Assembly: GCA_965216255.1 (NCBI GenBank)
Contig: OZ244148.1
Coordinates: 710,623 to 774,622, forward strand
Source of the DNA: Rhodothermales bacterium
GTDB lineage: Bacteria > Bacteroidota > Rhodothermia > Rhodothermales > Bin80
Direction of reading: 5' to 3'
Length of the DNA: 64,000 bases
Part shown: in pieces, positions 1 through 10,107 of the stretch
Layout: each line of letters begins with the position of its first letter
Numbering within the stretch: position 1 is the first letter of the stretch
Notes under the pieces: generated by a model
The model's input: the letters and a program-made list of their open reading frames with translations, nothing else
Databases searched by the model: none
What the model was told of the DNA's origin: nothing
Translations under genes and position numbers: made by a program

Positions 1-902
1 TCTCCCACGATGCCATAATCGGCGATCCGGAAGATGGGGGCATCCGCATCCTTGTTTATGGCCACGATGCACCGCGAGCCCGCAATGCCCGCCACATGCT
101 GGATGGCGCCGGAAATGCCGCAGGCGACATAGAGGATGGGCGCGATCGTTCTGCCCGTCTGGCCTACATGCTCGGCGCGTGGTCGCCATCCATCATCGCT
201 TACCGGCCGGGAGCACGCAAGGGTAGCCCGTGCGCCGAGCACATCTACCAGCGCCTCGAGCAGCGGCCAGTGTTCGGGTCCCTGCATCCCCCGGCCACCA
301 CTTACTACAATATCGGCTTCCGCAACATCGAGCCGGGCCGTTTCGCCGGACATGCTCCGCTCTATCGTCAGGCGCCGCTCCGGCAGGTCGACTCCCATCG
401 CTACCAGGGCAGACGCGACGTTCGCCCCGTATGCCGGATATGCTCTGGGACGCATGGTGGCCACTACCGGCTGCGCGGACAGCTTTACGTCCATCAGGAT
501 CTTGCCGCCATACGGAGCACGGGTGAAGACCACGCCTTCTTCGCGCACCGCGCTTTCCACGCAGTCTTGTGCCAGCGAGACGCCTAGCCGGTGCGCCACG
601 CGGGCTCCCAGGTCCTTACCCGTGGCCGTGGCGGCCATCAGCACCATTCCTACATGCAGGGAGCGGGCCGCGGCGGCCGCTGCTTCGGCATACATATCCG
701 GATCGTACGCCGCAAGGCGCGCATCGCCAAGGGTGTAAACCCGGGGCGGTCCCGTGATTTCGCCCACGCCCGGCCCTATCACCAGGGCTGCCCAGTCCGA
801 CCCGGTGGCGTCGGCGATCTGGGCCGCCACCGTAAACACTTCGCGGCTGGCGGCGCGGATGCCACCAGACTCCCGCTCCACTACAACAAGAATCGTGGAC
901 AT
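1..902 (-). CDS. etfA: Electron transfer flavoprotein alpha subunit, 3' end runs off the window
   Basis: Absent from the ORF track because it is open to position 1. My minus-strand translation from ATG at 902 reads [45 protein letters not shown]... Codons over 1-128 read [42 protein letters not shown], the ETF-alpha FAD-binding C-terminal motif. The ATG lies 5 nt after the etfB stop. Confidence 0.85.
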   Translation of the reverse strand, partial: MSTILVVVERESGGIRAASREVFTVAAQIADATGSDWAALVIGPGVGEITGPPRVYTLGDARLAAYDPDMYAEAAAAAARSLHVGMVLMAATATGKDLGARVAHRLGVSLAQDCVESAVREEGVVFTRAPYGGKILMDVKLSAQPVVATMRPRAYPAYGANVASALVAMGVDLPERRLTIERSMSGETARLDVAEADIVVSGGRGMQGPEHWPLLEALVDVLGARATLACSRPVSDDGWRPRAEHVGQTGRTIAPILYVACGISGAIQHVAGIAGSRCIVAINKDADAPIFRIADYGIVG

Positions 903-906
903 GAAC

Positions 907-1656
907 TCAGAGGACCTTGGCCTCGTCACGCAACAAGTGCACAAGCATATCGACGGCGCCCTGCTCGAAGGCGAACACCCTGCCTGTCGCCTTGCTTTCC
1001 GGCAGGCGCACCCGCGCTACGGTGAGTCCGCCCTCTCCCGTTTCCGCGGCCACGGCTTCAATAGGCTTGCGCTTTGCCTGCATGATGCCTCGGAAGGACG
1101 GATAGCGTGGTTCTGCCAGGCGCCGGTTTACGCCGATTACGGCGGGTATCGCGCACTGAACCCGCTCCTCTGCCCCCTCCACCATGCGCCGCGCCGCACA
1201 CGCGTCGCTGCCAACATCTATCGCCTCCACAGCCGTGATACAGGGCAGGCCAAGATGCAGCGCCAAGCGCTGCGGCACCTGGGCACCCTGGCTGTCAATG
1301 GCCTGCTCACCGGTTAGGATGAGGTCATACTGCGCACGCGCCAGCACGAGAGCAAGTGCCTGTGCCACCTGCGCAGGATCCACGGGCATTTCATCGCACG
1401 CGAGATGAACACCCCGGTCCGCCCCCATGGCCAGGGCTTCCCGGATGGCCTTCTCTACTCGCGGAGGCCCCAGGGCGTACACGGTCACGGTGCCGCCTTT
1501 CTCCTCACGCAGCCGCAGTGCCAGCTCGACGGCCGTTTCGTCATGGGGGCTTATAATCCACGTCCCTTCGTGGCTTGCAACAGAGCGCCCCTCCGGCCCG
1601 GGCAGGATACGCGCTTCGGTATCCGGCGTCTGCTTTATGCATACGGCGATGTCCAT
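907..1656 (-). CDS. etfB: Electron transfer flavoprotein beta subunit
   Basis: 249-aa ORF. It has the N-terminus MDIAVCIKQTPDTEA and the motifs ...YDLILTGEQAIDSQGAQVPQRLA...PRYPSFRGIMQAKRKPIE, typical of EtfB. It sits immediately upstream of etfA on the same strand. Confidence 0.9.
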   Translation of the reverse strand: MDIAVCIKQTPDTEARILPGPEGRSVASHEGTWIISPHDETAVELALRLREEKGGTVTVYALGPPRVEKAIREALAMGADRGVHLACDEMPVDPAQVAQALALVLARAQYDLILTGEQAIDSQGAQVPQRLALHLGLPCITAVEAIDVGSDACAARRMVEGAEERVQCAIPAVIGVNRRLAEPRYPSFRGIMQAKRKPIEAVAAETGEGGLTVARVRLPESKATGRVFAFEQGAVDMLVHLLRDEAKVL

Positions 1657-1669
1657 GTGGCGTTGCTCG

Positions 1670-2533
1670 TCAGTTTCCCATGATTAGCGTATCAAACGGC
1701 ACCCATGTGGCACTCAGGCGGTAGCCGGCACCGACGAACCCAAAGCCGTTTTCAACATTGTTGAGCGTTCCCGGCTGTACCAGGATTTCCGGGTCAAAAG
1801 CGCCGCCAGGCGGATCCCATTCAGCGTTGGCCACAATGAGGCGCAGCACAAGTTGCGTAAGCTTCAGACCAATAGATGCATCCACAGGAACATGCTGTTC
1901 GAGTTCACGCTGCAGCCGGCGCAGATCGGCCGCCGGCATAAGATCAATAACCCAGCCCCCGTCAACCCGCCGCTCCTTGCCGTCGTATGCCTGCGTTGAC
2001 GCACCTATTTCAATCCCGGCGGGCGAACGAAATCGGAAGCGGTAAGTTACTTCAATACGAATCAGCCTGGGAACGTTTCCTGCCACGAACGCGCGCAGAA
2101 GCACGGGTGCCAAGTCTGCCCGCGGCGGCATCGCCAGCATAGCCTCCTCTGGGACGCGCACGTCCACGCTGGAAAAGGCTCCATCGCTGCGACGGGCCAT
2201 TAGCCGGTAACTGACACCGTGCTCGGCGGCAAACGGTGCCCAGAAGACATGGGCAAATTGTCCTGCTGGCTCGAGGACCACCGAATCCCGCCATACCTGC
2301 GTCGTGCCCCGTTCCTCTGCCGTCGTCGTGACTACGGCATCCAGCGCCCCCCTACCGGCTGGCTGCAACTGGCCTTCGATGGGATACACCCGCACCCACT
2401 GCGTATCAGCCTGTGGCGTCAACGCACCGTAAATGGAAAACGGGAAGTCTGTCCCCACGATGGCTACCACGTGCTCTTCGCACGAGATTTGCGCGAGAGC
2501 TCCTGCCATAGCGAGAAGATACACGTAGCGCAT
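1670..2533 (-). CDS. Secreted/lipoprotein partner of the TonB receptor (DUF4249-like, assignment from memory)
   Basis: 287-aa ORF. The signal peptide ends ...GALAQISC. The C-terminus reads NVENGFGFVGAGYR. Its start overlaps the receptor stop (TGATG at 2531-2535), implying an operon. Confidence 0.6.
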   Translation of the reverse strand: MRYVYLLAMAGALAQISCEEHVVAIVGTDFPFSIYGALTPQADTQWVRVYPIEGQLQPAGRGALDAVVTTTAEERGTTQVWRDSVVLEPAGQFAHVFWAPFAAEHGVSYRLMARRSDGAFSSVDVRVPEEAMLAMPPRADLAPVLLRAFVAGNVPRLIRIEVTYRFRFRSPAGIEIGASTQAYDGKERRVDGGWVIDLMPAADLRRLQRELEQHVPVDASIGLKLTQLVLRLIVANAEWDPPGGAFDPEILVQPGTLNNVENGFGFVGAGYRLSATWVPFDTLIMGN

Positions 2534-4827
2534 CAGAAGGCAACCTTCAGGCCAAAAGATGGAACAACGGGCAGCTGGTCCACACGACGCAGTGTAAATA
2601 CGTCCAGGTAGAAGAGGTTGCTTCGGTCATACAGGTTGATGACGCTAGCCTGCACCGTGACATCAGCGCCGCCTGCTGCGAAAGTGCGTGCAACCGATGC
2701 ATCCAGTCGGTGATAGGCGGGCAGGCGAGCGGCGTAAGGGCGCTCATAGATCACGCGCCGGGACCCCGGCTGTGAGGCGATGCTGGTGATGTCGTCCACC
2801 GGCACAAATCCATCGAAGGCTACCGGACGGCTGAACGGCAGGCCCGAGCCGAAGGACAGTCTGGCGCTCGCTTCGAAGCCCCGCAGCGTAGCCGAAAGCA
2901 GCACGTTCAACTGGTGGCGCCGGTCGTGCGGAGGGTTGAATGCCAGGGCCTCCTCCCCGTACCACAGTTGCAACGACGCCTGCTGCGCCGCATACCGCGT
3001 GGCCGCATACCCGTAGCTCACCTGGCCATAGAATAGGCGGCGGCGCAGCTCCAGGCGCAGGTCGAAGCCGCGCACACTCCCTGTCGCCGGCTGCAGCCGC
3101 GTGGTGAAGCGCGGATATGCTGTCCATTCCGCAATATATAGATTGTCCAGACGCTTGATGAAGCTCTCCGCACGGAACTGGAGTCCTGAAGGCAACACGA
3201 GTCTGTAGCCAAAAAGAGCGTGCAGGGCCCGCTGCGCCCGTCCAGCACGCACATCGTCGCCGTCGGATTGTGGCCGCGGCGCGCTTGTCCATACAGTAAA
3301 AACGCTGGCGGCGTCGCGCCGGTCGCTAAGGCCCAGCACGGCCTGGTGGTAGAGCCCGCTGGCGGCGCTTAGCTGGTGGCGCCCGCGCTCCCACTCGATG
3401 CGCATTCTCGGCTCCACGAATGGGGCAAAGCGCATGTCGAAGAATTGAATGCGCAGGCCAGGGCGGAGGCGCAGGCCGGCACCGAACCTGAATTCGGGCT
3501 CCACGTACGTAGCCACGTGCTCGGCCTTTTGGGAAGCCACCTCAATATTCTGATACAGGCCGCCGAGCATGCTCCGCGTGGCAATCACGCGGAGTGTCAT
3601 CCCGGCGTCCACATCGGTCCTGTCGCCGTAGAACGTCGCGTCCGCGGAAAAATGCCGGTTCTCAATGCGGCCCTCCCGCGCTGGCGCCCCGGGCTGACCC
3701 AGCTCCGAAGCCAGGTAAGAATACGACGCCCGTATGTCGGCCGAAAGCGGATACTTGCGTGGCAGCACAAGGTAGCGCACGCCAGCGGACCTGTTTTCCC
3801 ACCGGACCTCGTCGGGGCTTGGTCCCTCATGGAGGCTACCCCGGTCATGGGTGCGGAGCACCAGCAGGGAAGCGCGGCTCGACGCTGTGATGCTGGCTGC
3901 CACCTTTAGGAACAGATCCCCGAAATCGAATGGAATATCGCCCCGGATAAGCCGGGAGGCCCCCTCTTTGACCAGTGACCGGCGGAGCGATGCCAACACG
4001 GAGAGCCGGCCCGGGATGAGGGGCCCCTCAAGCTGCGCACTGCTGATAAACGGCGAGAGCGTGGCGGAGCCTGCAAAGTGCTTGGTGCTTCCAGAGCGCG
4101 CCGCCACATCAATAACCGAGGATATCCGCTCTCCGAATCGGGTGCCGAAGCCGCCGGCATAGATATCGCTGCGACTGATGATGCCCGACGGGAAGGCGGA
4201 GTAGAATCCGAGAATGTGCATGGGCTGGTACACCATCACGCCGTCAATCTGGACCAGATTCTGCGCAGGCTCACCGCCACGTATGAAGAATTGTCCGCCG
4301 CGGTCCCCCACGGTCACCACGCCGGGCATGGCCGCCAGGTAGCCAGCGAGGTCACCGGTAAGGTCCGGCATGGGGATCCGGGCTATGTCGCGCGGCCGCG
4401 CGGCCACATACCCTGCCGAGCTGCGCACCCGTTCCGACTCTACGACCAATTCCCGCAGCGCAATGCCCGGCGACAACTCGATGTTCAGTACGCGGCTGTC
4501 CGCAGCCGTAAACTCGAGACTGTCCGTAAACACTTCGTACCCAATGCGGGAGGCGCTGAGCACATATCGACCCGGCTCGATGCTGGGCAGAAGGTACGAC
4601 CCGTCCAGGTCCGTCACGGTACCTTTCATGCCGCCCTGCAGTGAGGAAAGCACCACGTGGACGAGTTCCAGAGAGGTGCCCTCCTCTGCATCCGTGACAA
4701 ATCCGCGCAGCGTCTGCGCCCCCAGGAGACCGGGTGCCAGAGGGCACACCATGAAAAAGAAGACACGTAGAAGCACGCGCCACGAGGCGCCAGTCCGACG
4801 CATTGGCGCCCGTTCAGTGGCAGACAT
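2533..4827 (-). CDS. TonB-dependent outer-membrane receptor with N-terminal CarboxypepD_reg-like domain
   Basis: The track ORF is 2533..5064, but its first 79 codons overlap the divergent gene. The likely start is ATG 4827 (or 4803), giving the signal peptide RRTGASWRVLLRVFFFMVCPLAPGLLGAQ. Motifs seen: LRGFVTDAEEG...DGSYLLPSIEPGRYVLSASRIGYE (CarboxypepD_reg), GDRGGQFFIRGGEPAQNLVQIDGVMVY (plug), and a barrel ending PSFGLKVAF. Confidence 0.9.
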   Translation of the reverse strand: MSATERAPMRRTGASWRVLLRVFFFMVCPLAPGLLGAQTLRGFVTDAEEGTSLELVHVVLSSLQGGMKGTVTDLDGSYLLPSIEPGRYVLSASRIGYEVFTDSLEFTAADSRVLNIELSPGIALRELVVESERVRSSAGYVAARPRDIARIPMPDLTGDLAGYLAAMPGVVTVGDRGGQFFIRGGEPAQNLVQIDGVMVYQPMHILGFYSAFPSGIISRSDIYAGGFGTRFGERISSVIDVAARSGSTKHFAGSATLSPFISSAQLEGPLIPGRLSVLASLRRSLVKEGASRLIRGDIPFDFGDLFLKVAASITASSRASLLVLRTHDRGSLHEGPSPDEVRWENRSAGVRYLVLPRKYPLSADIRASYSYLASELGQPGAPAREGRIENRHFSADATFYGDRTDVDAGMTLRVIATRSMLGGLYQNIEVASQKAEHVATYVEPEFRFGAGLRLRPGLRIQFFDMRFAPFVEPRMRIEWERGRHQLSAASGLYHQAVLGLSDRRDAASVFTVWTSAPRPQSDGDDVRAGRAQRALHALFGYRLVLPSGLQFRAESFIKRLDNLYIAEWTAYPRFTTRLQPATGSVRGFDLRLELRRRLFYGQVSYGYAATRYAAQQASLQLWYGEEALAFNPPHDRRHQLNVLLSATLRGFEASARLSFGSGLPFSRPVAFDGFVPVDDITSIASQPGSRRVIYERPYAARLPAYHRLDASVARTFAAGGADVTVQASVINLYDRSNLFYLDVFTLRRVDQLPVVPSFGLKVAF

Positions 4828-5464
4828 GCCTTCAAGGTAGCTGCGGCATCCGGCCAATAACAAGACAGCGGCTTTTTGTACCTTCCAAGGTTTAATCTTC
4901 GAGGGCACCATGGCGGCAATGAAGGGATGGGGCATCATCGGTGCCAGTACCATTGCCCGGCAGTATATGATTGGCGCCATAAACAGGCAGCCCGACAGCC
5001 GCGCCGTGGCCGTAATGAGCCGCTCCGCAGAACGCGGTAAGCTGTTCGCGCAGGCGTGCGGCATTCCGCGATCCTATGCCACCGTAGACGGGCTGCTGGC
5101 GGACCCTGATGTTGACATCGTATATATCTGTACGACGAACGAACGGCACAAGGCCGAAACGATCGCTGCCGCGCGCAGCGGCAAGCACGTACTCTGCGAG
5201 AAGCCGCTGGCGCTGAATGTGGGTGACGCCCGGGAAATGGTGGAGACCTGCGCGCACGCAGGCCTCGTTCTGGGCACAAATCATCACCTGCGCAACGCGA
5301 TAACGCACCGTACACTGCGGCGGCTCGTTGGCGAAGGCGCCATTGGAGAGCCCCTCGCCTCGCGCGTATTCCACGCTGTATTGCTGCCGGAAAATCTCCG
5401 CACATGGCGCATCCATGACCCCGGAACCGGCGGTGGAGTAATACTTGACATTACGCTCCACGAC
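3947..5464. repeat. Direct repeat copy A (1518 bp) of the TonB-receptor 5' part + intergenic + oxidoreductase 5' part
   Basis: Aligns base-for-base with 9227-10744 at offset 5280. I counted about 14 mismatches, roughly 99% identity. Homology begins at ATAAGCCGGGAGG and ends at ...CTCCACGAC / ...GTCCACGAC. Confidence 0.95.
4910..5464 (+). pseudogene. 3'-truncated duplicate of the Gfo/Idh/MocA oxidoreductase
   Basis: The first ~185 codons are nearly identical to the intact copy at 10190. Homology stops at 5464 and the ORF then runs into unrelated sequence (stop at 5524). Confidence 0.9.
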
Positions 5465-5638
5465 CGCGATAACTTGACCTGCAAGCGCGCCGAACGTACG
5501 CAGGGATTTCTATTGTCGCGATAGGCTACAGAGACACCGCTGACGAGCAGGCCGCACACGAAAAGGCACGCTCGCCCAAGGCCATATTGTCTCCTCTTTC
5601 TTGGCACATGCCGCAACACATCGCATACACTCTGAACC

Positions 5639-6430
5639 TTAGTTGAGTAGACTTGCAACGACATCCCCAAGACACTCCTCCCAACGCGGCGTCGGCCACA
5701 TGGCCCCCTGCACTTCGAGCCTTCGATCGATGTAGTAGACAAACACTGCCTTCAATCCTTCCGACTGCCTAATCTTCGTACACTCCCGCCTGACATCTTC
5801 CGACGTCGGTTCCACGTCTCCGTAGTCACTCCAAATCGATGAGTGTTGGAGCATATCCGACACGATGATAAACGAATCAAGATCTTCGTGATGTTGAACA
5901 AGATAGGTCAACGTTTCGACGATGGGAGAACTATCGGCTTCCTTACGATCAACAAGCTTATGGAACTCCGCTCCTATATTTTGCAAAAATCGTCGGAATT
6001 CAATTTCTACTACCCGCGGGTTCTCGTACAGCACATTTGCCATGGCGCCCTGTTTTGGAATACACCATGAGCGACCCGTTTGCCTCGGGATCTCATCCTC
6101 CGATTCCGGTAGCCCGTAGATTGACAGCTTCTGAAGGAAGGGCACCTGGAGCGTATCTCGCACCAACGCACCGATCCTCTCAAACGCTGCTTCCCCGTCT
6201 TCTTCCAAGATCTCGTTGGATGTATCGATCAAGATTACCGTATGCCCGGGAACTTCAATTTGTTCCTGAAGCTGTGGCCAAGTCCCCATCGGGCAATACC
6301 CATCCGCAAACCGAACACGGAGTTGGTCGGCATACCACAACCTATAGCCGAAGAATACTACTATGACTGCCAATATTACCAAGACCGGTATCGGCCAGCG
6401 ATCATTGATCCAGTCGAGGCGACCAGTCAT
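5639..6430 (-). CDS. Membrane-anchored protein of unknown function, possibly a divergent vWA-like fold
   Basis: 263-aa ORF with one N-terminal TM helix (WPIPVLVILAVIVVFFGYRLW). It then reads HTVILIDTSNE (DxSxS-like), ...ADSSPIVETL..., ...FIIVSDML..., in the order of vWA MIDAS elements. GC is clearly lower than the flanks. The fold call is weak and motif-based. Confidence 0.55.
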   Translation of the reverse strand: MTGRLDWINDRWPIPVLVILAVIVVFFGYRLWYADQLRVRFADGYCPMGTWPQLQEQIEVPGHTVILIDTSNEILEEDGEAAFERIGALVRDTLQVPFLQKLSIYGLPESEDEIPRQTGRSWCIPKQGAMANVLYENPRVVEIEFRRFLQNIGAEFHKLVDRKEADSSPIVETLTYLVQHHEDLDSFIIVSDMLQHSSIWSDYGDVEPTSEDVRRECTKIRQSEGLKAVFVYYIDRRLEVQGAMWPTPRWEECLGDVVASLLN

Positions 6431-6648
6431 CTTTCACCCGTGCCGTTAAAAACTAACGGCCATTGTATACTATAGTTGAAGTCGGCGGCGGTGATTTCGC
6501 ACCCGCCGTCTTTTTCTTGGGCCTCAGTAGCGCCCATGCTTTTACCAAGGACAACAAGCCCTGGTCACGCCAGTTCAAGCTTGGCACGCGGCTTATGCGC
6601 TCAAATCTCATGCGTGCTTCTTCTTTCCTGCTCATGGTGTACGCACCA

Positions 6649-7462
6649 CTAATTCTTTGTAGAGCACGCGATGTCCAACCAGCTTGCCTTTACGTGCAGC
6701 ATTTGAGCCACCGTTTCTAGCGGGCGCATGTTGTGCTTGCCCGCAAACTGCGCCACGTACCTGTGCAGGTGCTGCTTGTCGAATTGGTGATACGTGCCAT
6801 GATAAACCCGCTTCAACATAACCCTAGCGGATTCCGCTCTTTCGTTGTGCGCCACGCCGGTGACGTATTCGCTGCCGCTGTGTCTAACAGTTCCAGACTT
6901 CATTCCGTTCATATCCCCGTAGGCTACCGCTTCGTCCGCGTCCACGATCCACCCGCATCCAGCTGTGCATGTTCCTCTCCAAGCCACCCACGTAGGTCTC
7001 CTCAACCGCGGTTGGGCCTGCACACAGCGGGGGCAACCTGCATTCAGTTCCTCGCGAATAAACTGTAACATGAACCAAGCTGTCACTCAAGGCACACCAA
7101 GTTCGCAGTGCAGTTTCATGCTGGACACGCTTTTGGAATGGTGGATTCGAAATAAATGGCCCAACCCCAAATTCGTCAAGGCAAATTAATAGATTCGATT
7201 GCCGTGCCGGTCTTGGCGCTGCAGTACTTCTTGCATGCATGGCATCGGTACTGCATTGTTTCCCGGTTGACCTCATAACACGTCCAAATTGCCGCAACGC
7301 ACGCAGGTGCACCCACTCGCGGAACATTACGACAACATCAATCCACTTGCGGGTCGCCGCCTCGTCTGGCATCATGTCTACCAACTCCATAATTGTGATA
7401 CCCTTGTAGAGTGATCGTCGTACTCTAGTCATTTTATTCCCCGATCTCGGATGGTTACGCAA
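6649..7462 (-). mobile_element. Degenerate IS1595/ISXO2-like transposase pseudogene
   Basis: Two overlapping frames (6884..7462 and 6649..7086). The C-terminal piece GVAHNERAESARVMLKRVYHGTYHQFDKQHLHRYVAQFAGKHNMRP matches the ISXO2-like transposase tail (HTN.IE.FW..LKR...G.YH....KHL..Y..EF..R.N.R). It is frameshifted and much too short. Confidence 0.6.
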
Positions 7463-7491
7463 ATCATGCGAATCATTAGCCTAAATGCCAA

Positions 7492-8862
7492 CTAGTTGGA
7501 TGACAACTTAAGTGGTCCACATATGACCTTTTCGTATTTCTTCCATAAGTCATCGACATGTTTCGCTTCGTCGGCAATCTTGGAAAAGAACTCCTCTTGT
7601 CCAGAATTAGTCCAATCAGCAATCTGCTCGTCGGCTAATTTCAAGACCGTCCTATCCGCTGGAGTTGCCGGAAAAGACAAACCGACCCGTAGACTTTCGC
7701 GATGCTTCTGCAACATCTTTAGATCAATCTCATCAACGTGATTGATATTGTAGGCAATTACGAAATGAGATAGAATGGAGTGCAAAGATATTTCTTCGGT
7801 CCAATCCTGCTCCAGATCCTCGAATCGATTCTTCGCCTCAAGGTTGTCTAAGGCCAGCTCCTCAACCCATCCCGCGACCTCAGGACGAATCTTGTCGGTT
7901 AGTATTTTTCGGAATTCTTGGGAGAGCGCATTAAATTCCTCAAGGACCTGAGTTCGTTCGTCCGCAAGATGTTTCCGCTCCTGTGATCGGCGCACACCGG
8001 GCTTCATGAAGGTATATCCCTTGTAGAAACCGGCCGCGCACAAGGCTATTCCCAATAAAAAGAATAGCAACGACTCTAGATTCCACGCCACAGGATTAAA
8101 GGAGATATCTCTTGCAATTTCCTGCAGTACCATAGCCATGTCGGTTTCCACCGCTTGGGGACCTTGCCGTGCGCTTTCGTCAATGATTCGCGCAAACGCT
8201 TCGCGATGCCGACCGACGAGCAAGTTGAGTCCGAGAACCAAAAGACCCCATAAGGCGCACGCCGGGCCAAGCCAACGGCGGTAGGCGGAGTTCCTGTGTA
8301 TACTGGACATGAGCAGGCCGCTGCCCGCGCCTAGAGCTGCAACATTAATGGTTGAGACAAGAACGGCGGTTATAAAGGCTCCCAGCATGCCCGTTGGCAG
8401 CACTGATGCCAAAAGGGAGACATTTGCCGCGGCTTCGATCACGATGAAAACAGCCAAGACCGCTGTAAATTTTAGCCAGTCGTTTGTTGTCTTGGGGTCA
8501 GATAGATCCGGCGGTGCATCCCTCGATTCAACGTTCTTCCAGTTTTCTTGGAAGTCTAAACTGCGTTGACGCAGAGCCAAGAGCGCGTTCTCTGCATCGA
8601 TCCTCACTTGGCTAGGGCGCTTTGAACATTCGAACTTCCAGCCGTTGAGAGGTTTGCCGAGCATCGAGCGAAGCTTTCCTAGGACAATATTGATGGCTTG
8701 CTGGAAAGTGGTCTGGATCTCGGCGAGTAATCTGAGATGCGCTGACCTCCACTCACTGCTGGTGTTTTCAGCTATGCTCGTTGCCCTTTTGCATAGCGCT
8801 TCGAGATCAATGCCGAAGCCTGTGAAATTCGGGTCGAATGTACTATAGCGGGTAGAATTCAT
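7492..8862 (-). CDS. Four-TM membrane protein with long helical N- and C-terminal soluble domains, unknown function
   Basis: The track ORF is 7492..8913; the likely ATG is at 8862 (MNSTRYSTFDPNF). Hydrophobic helices: WLKFTAVLAVFIVIEAAANVSLLASVL, GAFITAVLVSTINVAALGAGSGLLM, WLGPACALWGLLVLGLNLLVG, LESLLFFLLGIALCAAGFY. The tails are charged and coiled-coil-like. GC was about 45% in the line I counted. Confidence 0.7.
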   Translation of the reverse strand: MNSTRYSTFDPNFTGFGIDLEALCKRATSIAENTSSEWRSAHLRLLAEIQTTFQQAINIVLGKLRSMLGKPLNGWKFECSKRPSQVRIDAENALLALRQRSLDFQENWKNVESRDAPPDLSDPKTTNDWLKFTAVLAVFIVIEAAANVSLLASVLPTGMLGAFITAVLVSTINVAALGAGSGLLMSSIHRNSAYRRWLGPACALWGLLVLGLNLLVGRHREAFARIIDESARQGPQAVETDMAMVLQEIARDISFNPVAWNLESLLFFLLGIALCAAGFYKGYTFMKPGVRRSQERKHLADERTQVLEEFNALSQEFRKILTDKIRPEVAGWVEELALDNLEAKNRFEDLEQDWTEEISLHSILSHFVIAYNINHVDEIDLKMLQKHRESLRVGLSFPATPADRTVLKLADEQIADWTNSGQEEFFSKIADEAKHVDDLWKKYEKVICGPLKLSSN

Positions 8863-8922
8863 AATGCCTAGTACTTGTACTGTACCCCTAACGTTGCACA
8901 GAATTGCGATCAACTCAAGAAA

Positions 8923-9226
8923 TTAAGGCCGCCTGGTCATGGGTAATAGCGGGACAAGACTGTCCCAATGGGCATGGGTTGGCATTGTGGTTGAAGTCAT
9001 TGTCTTGTTGGTCTCCGGCAGACCTGCATAGACGGCATATGGTATGCGGTACTGCAGTCCCTGGTGGGGATGCTGGTGGATGTAGAATGCAAAGTACGCC
9101 TCCAAACGCTGCCGTGCCTTTGGCAGGGTCGTGTATTCGTAGAGATAGACCTCCTCATACCCCGCGCTGCGCCAGAGACGCTCGATCATGATGTTGTCGT
9201 AGCACCGGCCGCGGCCGCCAATCGAT
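8923..9226 (-). mobile_element. IS3-family transposase 3' remnant (rve C-terminal part), fused in frame to the truncated TonB receptor copy
   Basis: The chimeric ORF 8923..10344 switches at nt 9226/9227 from receptor sequence (...SLVKGGASRLI) to GGRGRCYDNIMIERLWRSAGYEEVYLYEYTTLPKARQRLEAYFAFYIHQHPHQGLQYRIPYAVY. That is the conserved IS3/IS150-type integrase-core tail. Confidence 0.8.
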
Positions 9227-10107
9227 ATAAGCCGGGAGGCCCCCCCTTTGACCAGTGACCGGCGGAGCGATGCCAACACGGAGAGCCGGCCCGGGATGAG
9301 GGGCCCCTCAAGCTGCGCACTGCTGATAAACGGCGAGAGCGTGGCGGAGCCTGCAAAGTGCTTGGTGCTTCCAGAGCGCGCCGCCACATCAATAACCGAG
9401 GATATCCGCTCTCCGAATCGGGTGCCGAAGCCGCCGGCATAGATATCGCTGCGACTGATGATGCCCGACGGGAAGGCGGAGTAGAATCCGAGAATGTGCA
9501 TGGGCTGGTACACCATCACGCCGTCAATCTGGACCAGATTCTGTGCAGGCTCACCGCCACGTATGAAGAATTGTCCGCCGCGGTCCCCCACGGTCACCAC
9601 GCCGGGCATGGCCGCCAGGTAGCCAGCGAGGTCACCGGTAAGGTCCGGCATGGGGATCCGGGCTATGTCGCGCGGCCGCGCGGCCACATACCCTGCCGAG
9701 CTGCGCACCCGTTCCAACTCTACGACCAATTCCCGCAGCGCAATGCCCGGCGACAATTCGATGTTCAGGACGCGGCTGTCCGCAGCCGTAAACTCGAGAC
9801 TGTCCGTAAACACTTCGTACCCAATGCGGGAGGCGCTGAGCACATATCGACCCGGCTCGATGCTGGGCAGAAGGTACGATCCGTCCAGGTCCGTCACGGT
9901 ACCTTTCAGGCCGCCCTGCAGTGAGGAGAGCACCACGTGGACGAGTTCCAGAGAGGTGCCCTCCTCTGCATCCGTGACAAATCCGCGCAGCGTCTGCGCC
10001 CCCAGGAGACCGGGTGCCAGAGGGCACACCATGAAAAAGAAGACACGTAGAAGCACGCGCCACGAGGCGCCAGTCCGACGCATTGGCGCCCGTTCAGTGG
10101 CAGACAT
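9227..10107 (-). pseudogene. 3'-truncated duplicate of the TonB-dependent receptor (signal peptide, CarboxypepD_reg and plug only)
   Basis: Nearly identical to the first ~295 codons of the 2533..4827 gene. It ends at the IS3 junction. Confidence 0.9.

Noticed and set aside
4828-5064. N-terminal extensions of the TonB receptor ORFs (track starts at 5064 and 10344) and of the protease-LRR ORF (43909).
   Set aside because: The extensions overlap the divergent oxidoreductase gene or the IS terminal repeat and precede an obvious internal Met plus signal peptide. The shorter starts were adopted.
7139-7152. tRNA-like T-loop strings (GGATTCGAA at 7142; GTTCAATCC at 28514).
   Set aside because: The flanking bases do not form T-stems or any cloverleaf. 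No tRNA could be folded anywhere in the window.
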